NCBI RefSeq assembly: GCF_009914755.1
Contig: NC_060947.1
DNA from: the human T2T-CHM13v2.0 reference genome, Homo sapiens
Reading direction: 5' to 3' (one strand)
DNA length: 64,000 bases
Of the stretch, positions 45,441 to 59,318 are shown one piece after another. A model generated the notes under the pieces. It was not told the origin of the DNA. It was given only the letters and a program-made list of their open reading frames with translations, and did no database searches. Numbering within the stretch: position 1 is the stretch's first letter; every line of letters begins with the position of its first letter. The position numbers were made by a program, and so were the translations under genes.

Positions 45441-46921
45441 GTTCTCTTTTCCCACTGAATTGGAACACCACTTTAATCTTAATTAAATATAGACTCATGT
45501 TCCTGTGCCTACTATTAATTTTTTATGGCCAGTAAGTCTATTCTAGTAAGATTAGCACAATGTTTTAATTATTCCACTTTTATAGGTAATATCTATCAAT
45601 AAAGTCTCATTTCAGTAATGTTTTTATAATTTTTCATTATACTGTCTTGTCTCTGCTATAGATGATCATTAGAATTATTTTATCAAGACTTTTCCTACTC
45701 TCCACAATCCCCGTGAAAATTTGAATAACATGTGTCATCTAATCTTTGCGTTTTTCTTTCTAAGAAAATAATGGATGTCAATTTCTTTATTTTTATTTCT
45801 CACACTAAATGTTTCTCATTTAAATTGAACTGGTATATTTTTATTCTATTCAATCCATAGAATTTAATATTTTAGCGTGATTTTGTATAGGTTAATTAAT
45901 TCATTGTTCAATAACGGTTATGATATACAAGCACCATTTTGCTCCATATTTTGTTAGGAATGCTTCTGGTGCTCTGATAGATGAAACAGGTTTCACCTCC
46001 TGTGGCAAATGCTGTATACTGGTTATATCTACTTAACGTACTAGATTTAGAGGGATTTTTAGGCCTGTTGCAACTCAGCTGTAAAGGTAAGTTTCATAGT
46101 TGAATTTTACAAGTTAGTGAATGTGGATAGAAAATAGCAGCACATGACTGAATTTTACATACCTGTTCTTCTATTTTAACACTGTGACAAATAGCTACTC
46201 ATTTCCCTTATACATTCTTAACATGATAAAGAAGCTTTCTCCAAATTTCACTTCACTAAGAGTGTTTTCTGTCAGAAATTGGTGTTGAAGTTTATCAAAT
46301 GCCCTTTAGCAACTGTCAAGACTCATATGGTTCTTTATTAAAATACAATAGTATAAAGAGTAGGTTAAAGATTTTCTAATTCTAACTCATCTATTATTTC
46401 CTGTGATAAAATCAGTTTGGCTAACATGTTTGTTTTTTTTGTTAATATGTGACTAGATTGATTTGTTAGATATTTGGGATTTTCATGTTGTGTTTATTAG
46501 TGAAATTTATCAGTATTTTGATTCTTTTTGTGACAGTGTACATCAGATACACCAGCTTGTTAAAAATAATTTTAAGCTTTTATCTTTTTGTCCTGTACTT
46601 TGTAACATTTTGGATGAAATAAAAGTATCTCTTAGTTTGAAGTTTGAAATAGCCTATATAACAGTGTTGTAAACTAGTGTCATTCTTAGAGGTAATTCTT
46701 TGAAAAATTTTTCAGTTGCTTTCATGGATGTTGGTATAATTTTATACTTTTTTAAAGTTAATTTAGTCATATATATTTCCCAGTGAAATAATTTACTAAA
46801 TAAGTTGTTTTTATTGGAATGGAGTTGAACACTTGTATTTTCTCCTCTAATTTTATTAATTAGCATTTATTTTATCATAATAATACATAAATATAGATTT
46901 TTTAAAAAATTACATGGCACA

Positions 46922-48452
<1,531 letters not shown>

Positions 48453-49799
48453 AAAAAATTACGTGACACAAAAAGAGTTTCAGGGAATAACAACAGTAGC
48501 CTGCGTCAAACATCCCCACTCCTCAGCCCTGTTCTCTAAATATAACAATTTTAAATCGTTTAAGGTTTTTCTTAGTATCACTTCCACATTTCAAAGTAAT
48601 ATGCTTACACTATTTTCATTTCATAACTTTAGAAATTATATATACTTGTTTCCTTGTGATGGTATAGAAACATTTAACTCTATAACACCATTCAAATATT
48701 TTATTTTTCCATCTTCCAAATACAATTATAATTTTGAATAAAATTTGTGTTTATATTATTATGTCCATGTCAATATCATTAACTGCTAATCCAACCACTG
48801 TTAGGTTATGAATTTCTTTTATACAACTTTTGAGTTTTCATGCAACTAATAATTATCTTGTTTTCTCACTAATGAATTTTCACTAATTGTTCCAACAGGT
48901 ATGTGAAATGCATATTAATATTATCTTCTAAAAAATCAAATGCATAGTTTAATGTGGCATTTCTATTTTTTCCCTGGAGACCGTTTTTCCTTCTTAAATT
49001 CTGCATTCTTCTACACTATTCCACAATCATTTATCTCTGGGTATACTGAAGACCCATCATTCTAGCCGTACTTTCATTCACCTCCTATGTTGTACCTCAA
49101 GTTTTCTGAATCGCATGCCTGTTCTGTTTTTAGTAACTATTTCCTCATTTTCATGGAGCAAATTTAACAGTAGATTTCTGTGAAAGGAAATGCAGACGGT
49201 AAAGTTTTGAGCCATTGCACATTTGAAAATCTCTTTACACTCTTCTGAAACTTGAACTAGGGGAATGGTACTATCAGAATGTTAATGGCATTATTTAATT
49301 TTCTTCTCGTTTCTAGTATTACACCTGAGAACTTTGATGCTATTCTGCCTCTCGTTCCTTTTAGGATCATCTTTTTTTATATCCAGTGTTCCGAAATTTC
49401 ACAATATTGAGATTTTGGTGTAGACCTTTTCCCAGTCCTTTTGTTAATACTCTGTTGGATATTTCCTTTACGTGACTAATGTCTTTTAAGTTTATGAAAT
49501 ATTTTCATTTTATTTATTTGGTAATTTTCAACCATTTTCTTAATTTTTAAAAAATGTGAGGTAATTCTACTAATAGGATATTATACTTCCTGTATTAATC
49601 TTTTAACTTAAAAGAATTTGATATTGCTCATTGTCCAATTTTTATTGTTTTTGTTTTCATTGGTATTTAAACTTCTAGGAAATATCCTTGACTTTTCTTC
49701 TAACATTTTTAACTTTTAGAATTGTGAGTTTATTTTTAAATTCCAGGAGCTCTATTTTTCCATGAGTTTTCTCCATTTTGTAACAACCTGTTCTGATTT

Positions 49800-51163
49800 C
49801 AAAGACAAGTTCTTCAGCTTTTGGACTCTTGGACTTAGACCAGTGGTTTGTCTGGGGCTCTAGGGCCTTCTGCCACAGACTGAAGGCTGCACTATCTATC
49901 TGCTTTCCTACATTTTTTTTTTTATAAACTTTAAGTTCTGGGGTACATGTGCACAACGTGCAGGTTTGTTACATATGTATACGTGTGCCATGTTGGTGTG
50001 CTGCACCCATTAACTCGTCACGTACGTTAAGTATATCTCCTAATGTTATCCCTCCCCCCTCCCCCCACCCCACGAAAGGCCCCAGTATGTGATGTTCCCC
50101 TTCCTCTGTCCAAGTGTTCTCATTGTTCAATTCCCACCTATGAGTGAGAACATGCGGTGTTTGGTTTTTTGCCCTTGCGATAGTTTGCTGAGAATGATGG
50201 TTTCCAGCTTCATCCATGTCCCTACAAAGGACATGAACTCATCCTTTTTTATGGCTGCATAGTATTCCATGGTGTATATGTGCCACATTTTCTTAATCCA
50301 GTCTATCATTGATGGACATTTGGCTTGGTTCCAAGTCTTTGCTATTGTGAATAGTGTCACAGTAAACATACGTGTGCATGTGTCTTTATAGCAGCATGAT
50401 TTATAAACCTTTGGGTATATACCCAATAATGAGATGGCTGGGTCAAATGGTATTTCTAGTTCTAGATCCTTGAGGAATTGCCACACTGTCTTCCACAATG
50501 GTTGAACTAGTGTACAGTCCCACCAACAGTGTAAAAGTGTTCCTATTTCTCCACATCCTCTCCGGCACCTGTTGTTTCCTGACTGTTTAATGATCACCAT
50601 TGTAACTGGTGTGAGATGGCATCTCATTGTGGTTTTGATTTGCATTTCTCTGATGGCCAGTGATGATGAGCATTTTTTTCATGTGTCTGTTGGCTGCATA
50701 AATGTCTTCTTTTGAAAAGTGTCTGTTCATGTCCTTCACCCACTTTTTGATGGGGTTGTTTGTTTTTTTCTTGTATATTTGTTTGAGTTCTTTGTAGATT
50801 CTGGATGTTAGCCTTTTGTCAGATGAGTAGATTGCAAAAATTTTCTCCCATTCTGTAGGTTGCCTGTTCACTCTGATGGTAGTTTCTTTTGCTGTGCAGA
50901 AGCTCTTTAGTTTAATTAGATCCCATTTGTCAATTTTGGCTTTTGTTGCCATTGCTTTTTGTGTTTTAGACATGAAGTCCTTGCCCATGCCTATGTCCTG
51001 AGGTTTTGGGACTCGGACTGGCTTCCTTGCTCTTCATCTTGTAGATGGCCTATTGTGGGACTTCACCTTGTGATTGTGTGAGTCAATACTCCTTAATAAA
51101 CTCGCTTTCATATATACATCTATTCTATTAGTCCTGTCCCTCTAGAGAACCATGACTAGTACA
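49800..51163 (+). mobile_element. MLT2A1-like ERVL LTR (3' part), interrupted by an L1PA
   Basis: TTCAGCTTTTGGACTCTTGGACTTA...GACTGAAGGCTGCAC | GAGGTTTTGGGACTCGGACTGG...TCCCTCTAGAGAAC..TGACTAGTACA. Confidence 0.88.
49913..51001 (-). mobile_element. L1PA5-like LINE-1, 5'-truncated (~1.1 kb)
   Basis: Poly(T), TTTAAGTTCTGGGGTACATGTGCACAACG, and ORF2 C-terminal peptides. Confidence 0.93.
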
Positions 51164-51984
51164 GCTATTTAATGTCATTCTATGTAAAGAGGAATTAAAA
51201 TCTTAAGTTATTAACATAAATATTAAAGCGCATCTTTATATTACAAAATGCCAATTTTAAGTGCAAATAGCATTTAAACCATATGTGAAATCACTAAAAT
51301 TATACAATGTATATTTTTTAGCTCATACCTGCATACCCCAATAGTGAAAATGCTGCATAAACTGACTGAACTGTTTTTGTTTCAGTTTTTCCACATATGC
51401 ACTTTCTACAGACACTCTCTACCCATGACTTAGTGGTTAGTAGGAAGCAATAAGTAAAAAATAATAGTACGTTGCTTTATCTTTTCCTTTCTTTCTTTCA
51501 TAATTTTCAATGTATTTGGCTCACACAGAGAGGTAACACAAACAGGATCCTTTGGTTATTTTCTTTTCTCAGAATTCCATTATTTTTTCTGCATTTGGAG
51601 TAAGTTCTGGTTGACACCAAAATCCTGGCCTCTAGTGGTTATTAGCGCCCATGTTTACTTAGACACAGGTGTGACACACTTAGCTTACACTCACTTGGAG
51701 TCTTGCTGAAATATCGCACATCATGGATCCACTGGAATTTTGTACTCATAGATCAATCATTATAAATGCTATATGCAAATGAGGTGGCAGGGTAACCGTA
51801 GGGGAAATACGTATTGCATATCTCACGCACATGCTCCATTGTCCCACAGAGTTTCAGCTATAAAACCCAAGTTCACAGGTATAATTAAGAATATCCAGAC
51901 AGCAGCAGCAGAAGCTTTACAGCAAATGTTTCGAGAACAAGACTGTGCAGTTGCATAAGTCACATACCCATGAAGCCTGTCCTG
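51164..51984 (-). mobile_element. MER45-family (MER45B-like) hAT-Tip100 element
   Basis: Terminus CTGTGCAGTTGCATAAGTCACATACCCATGAAGCCTGTCCTG matches the reverse complement of the MER45 end CAGGGCCGGCTTCATGGG...; internal extent uncertain. Confidence 0.6.
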
Positions 51985-52298
51985 ATTGCATGGGATCTTA
52001 CACTTTTTGCTGTATTCTTTCTAACTTCAATTTAATGCCAGTTTAATTATTTTTATTCTTGTTCATTTAAAAAAACATATTTCAGTCTATAGATTTTGAG
52101 TACAACGTTAGCTGTACCCTGTACATTTGGTGTCTAATGCTCACAATTTTTCTACCCTATAATTTTGATTTCCTGTTTAACCTAAGAGTTACTTAGCAGT
52201 ATAACTTTTGGTTCTATAATGATATATCTTATTCTATAAATGTGTCTTTAGAAAATGTCACATAATTTATTCCCTTAAATAAAATTTAAATCCAAGTC

Positions 52299-54673
52299 TA
52301 TTGTAGATTGAATTGTGTACTCTAAAAATATATGTTGAAGTCTTAACTCCTAATATCTGTGATTGTAACCTTATTGGGAAATAAGGTCTTCCCATGTGTA
52401 ATCAAATTAAGATGAGGTCATACTGAATTAGGACGGGTCCTCATCCAGTGATTGTTGTGTTATGAAATAAAGAAGAAGGAGATTTGGACACTGAGACACA
52501 GGAAGGAAGGGCATGGGAAGATGGAGGCAAAGACGGAATTTATGCTTCCACCAGCTGAGGAATGCCAAGGATTGCTAGCAACCACCAGAAGCTAGATGAG
52601 GCAAGGAAGGTATCTCCCGTAGGACCTTCAGAGGAAGTATGCCCTGAAAACAACTTGATGTCAGACTTCTAGCCTCTAGAACTAGGAAAGGATTGATTTC
52701 TGTTGTTTTAAGCAACCCTATTTTTGCTAATTTGTTATGGAAGCTCTAGGAAACTAACATAGATTTTGGTACCAAGAAATGGGATGCTGCTATGACAAAT
52801 ACTTAAAAAGGTAGAAATGGCTTTGGATTTGGGTAATGGGTAGAGACTGGAAAAAAATTGAGGTAGATGATAGAAATGCCTCTATACTTGTTGAAAATAT
52901 GGAGGTTGAAATGCTTCTGGTAAGTTCTCAAATGGAAATGAGAAACATGCTATTAGACACTGGAAGAAAGGTAATCCTTGTTATAAAAAGTCAGAAAACA
53001 TGACTGAATTGTCTTCTTCTGTTGGATGGAAAGTAAAACTTGTAATTGATAAACTTGAATATTTACCTGAGAAAATGTCCAAGTAGAAGGTGGAAAGGAG
53101 GGGTCTGGTTTCTTCTTGCTGCTTGTGGTAAAATGTAAGAGGAAAGAGAAAACTGAGGAAAAAAGCAAGTAGAATTTGATGATTTAAACAATTTTCAGCC
53201 ATTTATATTGCAAAAGCTGTTAAGACACGCTCTTTAGAGAACAACGGTGTGGTGGGATAACTTTCTACTGGAGAGATTAGGCGTGTGACACCTGGATCCA
53301 ATTAACCACCTCTGCAGAAAGCCAAGAAAAGAAATAGGGTTATCCAGGAAAGATCTGTGGAAAATGCTCATGTCTAATGGCATGGGATCTTTTGACATAC
53401 ATGAAAGATGCACATGGAATATTAGAATGTTATACCACTACATACACTGCCAGCTTGGACTGAAGGGAACAGAGATGGCATGAAATGAAGAAAGGCTGTG
53501 CAACCTCTGAAATACTGCATGAGGAAAACAGACCGATAAAGCTACTTGGCTGCAAACATCTCTCATCTTTCAAGAAAAGGGATGAATGACTCTGAGTGTG
53601 GTTTAGAGGTCAGCGGATCTTATTCCCTTCTGCTTAAGGGGATGGATACCCCATTCTCCGTGATGTGTCTATTTCATATAACATGCCTATATCAAAACTT
53701 GTCATGTACCCCATAAATATATGCACCTACTATGTACCCTCAAAAATTGTTTTAAATTAATAAAAAGAAACTTAAAAAAAGGTCACTGGGGACAATGGGG
53801 CATCTGTAGGCCCAGAGTCTGGAGTTTCAAACCACAGAGGATTATTCTCAGGTTGGGAAACTTACTGGAGTTTGCCTCACTCAGTTTTATATTTCATAGG
53901 ACCCATAATCCCTTTATTCCTTTTGATTTCTCCCTTTTTTAGTGGGGAAATTTATCATATTTCTTTCCCACTATTGTATTTTGGAAGCAGTTAACTTGTT
54001 TACACAGCCCCACAGTAAAAGAGGAAATTTACCTCAGGATGGACCACACCAAGTGTATTACTAATACCTGATTTAGATGATTTAGAAAATTAGATTTAAG
54101 TCTTTCTGAGTTGATAATATTTAGATGAGATTTGGGACTTAGAGTTTATGCTGGAATGGTTTAAGGCATTAAAGAAAGATAAAAATTTGTGTGGGAGTTA
54201 AGGGTTGACTGCTATGTGTTGAATTTTGCCCCTCCCTAAAAGGGATATACTCAAAGTTCTATTTTCCAGTTTCTGTGAGTGTGACCTTCTTTGGAAATAG
54301 GGTCTTTTGTAGATGTAATCCAGTTATGATGAGGTCAAGCAGGCACTCATCCAGTGAATGGTATCTTTGTAAGATAATAGAGAGGAATATTGGACACTGA
54401 GACACAGAGGAGACACATGAGAAGGAAAGCAATGGGAAGATGGAGGGAGAGACTGGAGTTATACTACCACAAGCAAGGAATGCCAAGGATTGCCAGCAAC
54501 CATCCAAAGCTGGAAGAGGCAATGAAGAAATCTTCCCTAGAGTTTTTAGAGGGAGGATGATTATGCCGATACCTTGATTTCAGATTCCTGGAATGGTGAA
54601 ATAACACATTACTGTTGTTTTAAACTACCTAGTTTGTAGTACTTTGATATGACAGCCCTACGAAACTGATATA
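52299..54673 (+). mobile_element. MLT1B/C MaLR element with 5' LTR (52299-52761), internal region and 3' LTR (54210-54673)
   Basis: Two homologous LTRs sharing GGAATGCCAAGGATTGC and TTGGACACTGAGACACAG; internal start GATTTTGGTACC; 5-bp TSD AAGTC/AAATC. Confidence 0.88.
53630..53780 (+). mobile_element. Short L1MA1/2-like 3' end inside the MLT1 internal region
   Basis: GGGGATGGATACCCCATTCTCC...CCCCATAAATATATGCACCTACTATGTACCC followed by an A-rich tail. Confidence 0.85.
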
Positions 54674-55059
54674 AAATCCAAACCTGAATTTTGTTGAATT
54701 TAAGACAGATTACAAATTCAGTCTTAATCAGGGCTAATACTCCCAAATCCATCCTGAGTTACAAAAGATGCCAGCAATATATCAAATGAGACATTTGTGA
54801 AGGCCCTTCTGGAGTTTGGCTGATGCTGCTGCTGCTGCTTAATTGTTGAAATCTCTATTATTCCATGTATATTGGTGGCTTTCTTGATTCAGTGCACTTT
54901 TTAAAAACAGGGTCATTTTCCAAGTCTGAAAACCATGGCTTTAGATATCGTGCAATCTTTATAGTTGCCAGTGATTCATAAAATCACAAACTTCCCAGTC
55001 CTCCTGAGTCTAGGAAAATCTTCACTCTTTCTAGCGCTTATCATGTCTTTTTTTCAGGC

Positions 55060-55253
55060 TTGTTCTCTCCCTCTCTCTCGCTGTCTCTCTCTCTTTCTCC
55101 TTCTCTTCCATCTCCTCCTCCTCTCCTTGCCCCCCACTACTACTACTTCTTTCTCCTCCTTCTTCTTCCTCCCCCTTCCTCCTCCTCCTGCTCTTCTTCT
55201 TCTTCCTCTTCCTCTTCTTCTTCTCTTTCTCATTCTCCCTAGTACCTCTTCCT
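55060..55253. repeat. Polypyrimidine (CT/CCT/CTT)n low-complexity tract
   Basis: Read directly from the sequence. Confidence 0.9.
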
Positions 55254-55276
55254 AAAGGATATTTAGAAAATCTATA

Positions 55277-55565
55277 GGCTGGGCACAGTGGCTCACGCCT
55301 GTAATCCCAGCACTTTGGGAGGCTGAGGCGGGTGGATCACGACGTCAGGAGATTGAGACCATCCTGGCTAACACAGTGAAACCTGTCTCTACTAAAAATA
55401 CAAAAAATTAGGCGTGGTGGCACGTGCCCAGCTACTTGGGAGGCTGAGGCAGGATAATCACTTGCACCCTGGAGGCGGAGATTGCAGTGAGTCGACAGCC
55501 AAGATCACGCCACTGCACTCCAGCCTGGGTGACAGGGCAAGACTCCGTTTCAAAAAAAAAAAAAA
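55277..55565 (+). mobile_element. Alu (AluSc/AluY-like)
   Basis: GGATCACGA..TCAGGAGATTGAGACCATCCTGGCTAACAC; TSD AAAATCTATA at 55267-55276 and 55566-55575. Confidence 0.95.
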
Positions 55566-56139
55566 AAAATCTATAATCTGTATTGTCTTTAAGCGACTTG
55601 TATTTTGGATACATCAAACATGTAAGAAAAGGGAGCCAAGGCCTTACTAACTTCTTAAAATACAAGAAGGAAAAATCTACAGAGCAAGAATTCTTTCTTT
55701 CTTTTACTTTTTTAACAGCTACAAATATAAAACAGAGATTAACATAATAAATAATAGACTACCCTGTCATAGTTCCATTCATTTTTAAATTTTAAAATAA
55801 TACGCCCACTTTCACAGTTTTATTGCACTGTAGTTAAATAATATAACACATATGATTTTTTGCTTAATGAGAATTTATTTGTATTTCTCAACGTCTTTGT
55901 GTGTTTCCATGTCAGTGATGTGATTGACAGAAAAATGTTACCACACACTTTAATGGTTATAGAGCATATTTGAAGAAAAAGGGTCCACAAGCTTACCCAG
56001 ACATTTACACAAGTAAGAAAATCCAACATTTTATGAAACAGAGCTAAAGGATTTTCATGTCCCTGAGTCACCATGAGAATTTAGAGCTGCAAATGATACA
56101 GTCACATCGAGTAGAATTTATTCCAAGTGCAAGAATCTT

Positions 56140-56550
56140 TTGCCTTAGCCCACTAACTTTCTAACTTGTTGGACTGTGTCCACTTTTGCTCCCTTCCAAT
56201 TCATTTTCCATACTGGAGTTAGAGTTATCTTCTTAAAAGGAAAATATACTTATAGATCTTTTCCAGTTTTTCCCATTACCCTTAGGATAAAGTCTGAAAT
56301 CCTAAACATTGCTTACAAATACCTCAGCTTTCAAGACACTGCCTGCCTCTCCAGTTTCATTTCTTGCCAAAATTCCTCGAGAATTCTCTTATTTATTATA
56401 CTGCAAACATCTTCCTTTGTGATGGAATACACAGTGTTTCTCTCTTTCAATATTTCATACTTGCTCATTCTTCTACTGGTGTTCTTTTCATAATCTACTA
56501 TCTTGATAATTTTTACCTTCTTGCTTTTTGGGAAATTCTTCTGGATTCTT
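56140..56550 (+). mobile_element. L2 LINE fragment
   Basis: CCAATTCATTTTCCATACTGGAG..AGAGTTATCTT..TTCCCATTACCCTTAGGATAAAGTCTGAAATCCT..CTGCCTGCCTCTCCAG. Confidence 0.7.
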
Positions 56551-57651
56551 AGACTAGATTATATTATTTATATATTTAATTTCTGCCTATGCCTCTTAAT
56601 TTCCCTCTTCCCCAATTTTACCTGTTATTAACAGCTTGCATTAGTGAGGTACATATGTCAAAACTGATGAGACAATATTGATAAATTATTATTAACTAAA
56701 CTCCATAGGTTACATTAGGGTTTGCTCTTTGAGTTGTACATTCTATAGGTTTTGATAAACATATGAGACATCACGTATTCACCATTATGGTATATAGAAT
56801 AGTTTCACTATCCTAAAAGTCTCCTCTGTTCCACCTATTTATTCCTTCCTCCTTCCTTCCCTGCAAATGCCTGGTAACAACTGTTCTTTTTACTCTCTCT
56901 ATAGTCTTGCTGTTTTCTGAGTATCATGTAGTTGAAATAATATAGTATATTTGCTTTTCAGGTTGGCTTATTTCCTTTCGTAATATCCATTAAGTTTCCT
57001 CCATGTTTTTTTGTGGCTTGTTAGCTCTTGTCACTGAGTAATTATTTATTTTATGGATATACCACAGTTTATTTATCCATTCGACCATTGAAAGGCATCT
57101 TATTACTTCTAGGTTTTGGCAATTATGAATAAAGTGGCTATAAATATGCTAGTACAGAACTTTATGTGGACATGAGCTTTTCAACTCATTTGGATATATG
57201 CCAAGGAGCATGACTCATATGGTAAAGATATGTTTTCTTTTTAAAGAAACTTCCAAGCTGTCTTCCAAAATGACTTTACCATTTTGCATTCCCACCAGTA
57301 ATAAATGCTACTTCATGTTGTTCCACATCATTGTCAGCATTTGGTGTTGCCAATGCATTTGATTGTAGCCATTGTAACAGGTATGTAATGATATCTCATT
57401 ATTGTTTTAGTTTACAATTTACTAATGACTTATGATGCTTAGTGTTATTGTATATACTTATTTGCCATTTGTATATAGTCTTTGGTGACATGTCTGTTCA
57501 GATTTTGCCCATTTTAAAATTAGATATTTGTTTTCTTACTGTTAAATTTTAACTTATTTATATATTTTGTATAGCAGTCCTTTTTCAGTTATGTGTTTTA
57601 CAAAGAATTTTTCCCAGTATGCAGGTAGTCTTTTCATTCTTTTTTTAAAAT

Positions 57652-57950
57652 TATTTTTGAAACAGGGTCTCATTCTGTCCTCCAGGCTGGAATGCAGTGG
57701 TGTGATCTTGGCTCACTGCAGTCTCAACCTCCCAGGCTCAAGGGAATCCTCCCACCTCAGCCTCTCCAGTAACTGGGACTACAGGCACATGTCACCATGC
57801 CCAGCTAATTTTTTAAAATATATTTTTTAAATAGACACAAGGTCTCGCCATGTTGTCCAGGCTGGTCTCAAATTTCCAGACTCAAGCCATCTGCCCTCCT
57901 TGGCCTCCCAAAATGCTGAAATTACAGTAATAAGCCACCACGCTGGACCT
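57652..57950 (-). mobile_element. AluJ
   Basis: ACAGGGTCTC..., CAGTCTCAACCTCCCAGGCTCAAG, GGTCTCGCCATGTTGTCCAGG (J-type diagnostics). Confidence 0.9.
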
Positions 57951-58268
57951 AATTTTTAATTTTTGTGAGCACATAGTAGGTGTTGAACATACCTCAACAT
58001 AATAAAAGCTATGTATGACAGACCTACAGCTATTATCATACTGAATTGGGAAAAACTGAAAGCCATTTCTGTAATATCTGGAACACAACAAGGATGCCAC
58101 TTTCACCCACTATTATTCAACATAGCAGTGGAAGACCTAGCTAGGGAAATCAACAAGAGAAAAAAATAAAATACATCCAAATTGGAGTGGAAGAAGGCAA
58201 ACTTTCTTTGTTTGCAGATGATATGATTTTATATTTGGAAAACCTAAAGACTATTAGAACTGATAAAT
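57951..58268. mobile_element. L1MA fragment with inversion (30-bp antisense 3' tip plus sense ORF2 RT piece)
   Basis: TTTTAATTTTTGTGAGCACATAGTAGGTGT followed by ACATACCTCAACATAATAAAAGC...TTTGCAGATGATATGAT. Confidence 0.75.
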
Positions 58269-58420
58269 TATTTTTATTATTTTAAGGTGGCTTTCATAGA
58301 GCAGAAGTTTGTAATTTTAACAGTAAGTTCAGCTTATCAATATTTTCTTTCATGGATCATGCTTTAGGTGTTATATCTAAAAAGTTATTGTCAAGATCAC
58401 CTGGATTTTTTTCTGTGTTT

Positions 58421-58779
58421 TGTATTAGTCAGCTTTAGGTACCATGCAAAAATACCAAACACTGGTTGGCTTAAGCAAGAGAAATTTATTTTCTCACAGT
58501 CTGGAAGATGGAAGTCTAAATTCAGGGTTCCAGCATGGTTGTGTTCCTTGTGATGGCTTTCTTCCTAGCTTGTAGATGCCACCTTCTTGCTGAGTCCTCA
58601 CAAGAAGAGGGAAAGAGAGCAAGCTCTCTAGTGTCTCATCTTATAAGAACATTAATCCTAGTAGGAACCCATCATTATGTCCTCAATTAATTTTAATTAC
58701 TTCCTTAACCCAAATATAGTCACATTGGATGTTAGGGCCATAACATATGAATTTTGGGAGAAACAGCTCATGTCATAAC
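58421..58779 (-). mobile_element. MLT1A-like MaLR solo LTR
   Basis: TGTATTAGTC...AAATTTATTTTCTCACAGTCTGGA...ATGAATTTTGGGAG...CATAACA. Confidence 0.85.
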
Positions 58780-59104
58780 AATTATATACTAGAATTTTAA
58801 AAGTTTTTCATTTTACATTTAGGTTTATAATCCATTTGAGGTAATTTATTTAAAAAACTGTAAGGGCTGAAGGGGATGTGTCCTCTAGTTCTATGATTAG
58901 GTCTCAGTCTTTTAGTTAGCCTGTGCCACTGGGCTATGACCTTCACAAGTTCTTCTCAAAGATTTTACACCACTTAGGTGAAATAGGAAAGTTATTTGGG
59001 AACCTTCCTGTCCCACTTAAGAGGTGAAAAATACCCTGGACTTGGATATTTCCCTTCCCTTAGGTCAGTTAGAGTTCTGAACAATTCCAGTGAAATTGCT
59101 TAGT

Positions 59105-59142
59105 GTTTTTTTCTCCCTACCTTTGTTGACATGTAATTGACA

Positions 59143-59178
<36 letters not shown>

Positions 59179-59318
59179 TTTACAATGTGATTGATATACA
59201 CATACATTATGAAATGACCACAATGAAATTAATTACACATTCATTACCACACATAGTTACTATTGTTTCGTGTGTGTGTGTGTATGCATAGTGTGATGGC
59301 AGATAAGACCTGCTCTCA
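59105..59318 (-). mobile_element. L1MA8/9-like 3' tip with (TA)n(CA)n and (TG)n microsatellites
   Basis: TAATTGACAAAAATT...TACAATGTGATTGATATACACATACATT..CACATAGTTAC. Confidence 0.7.

Noticed and set aside
54965-55255. Leu/Pro/Ser-rich ORFs resembling membrane or signal peptides
   Set aside because: They are translations of the CT-rich low-complexity tract.
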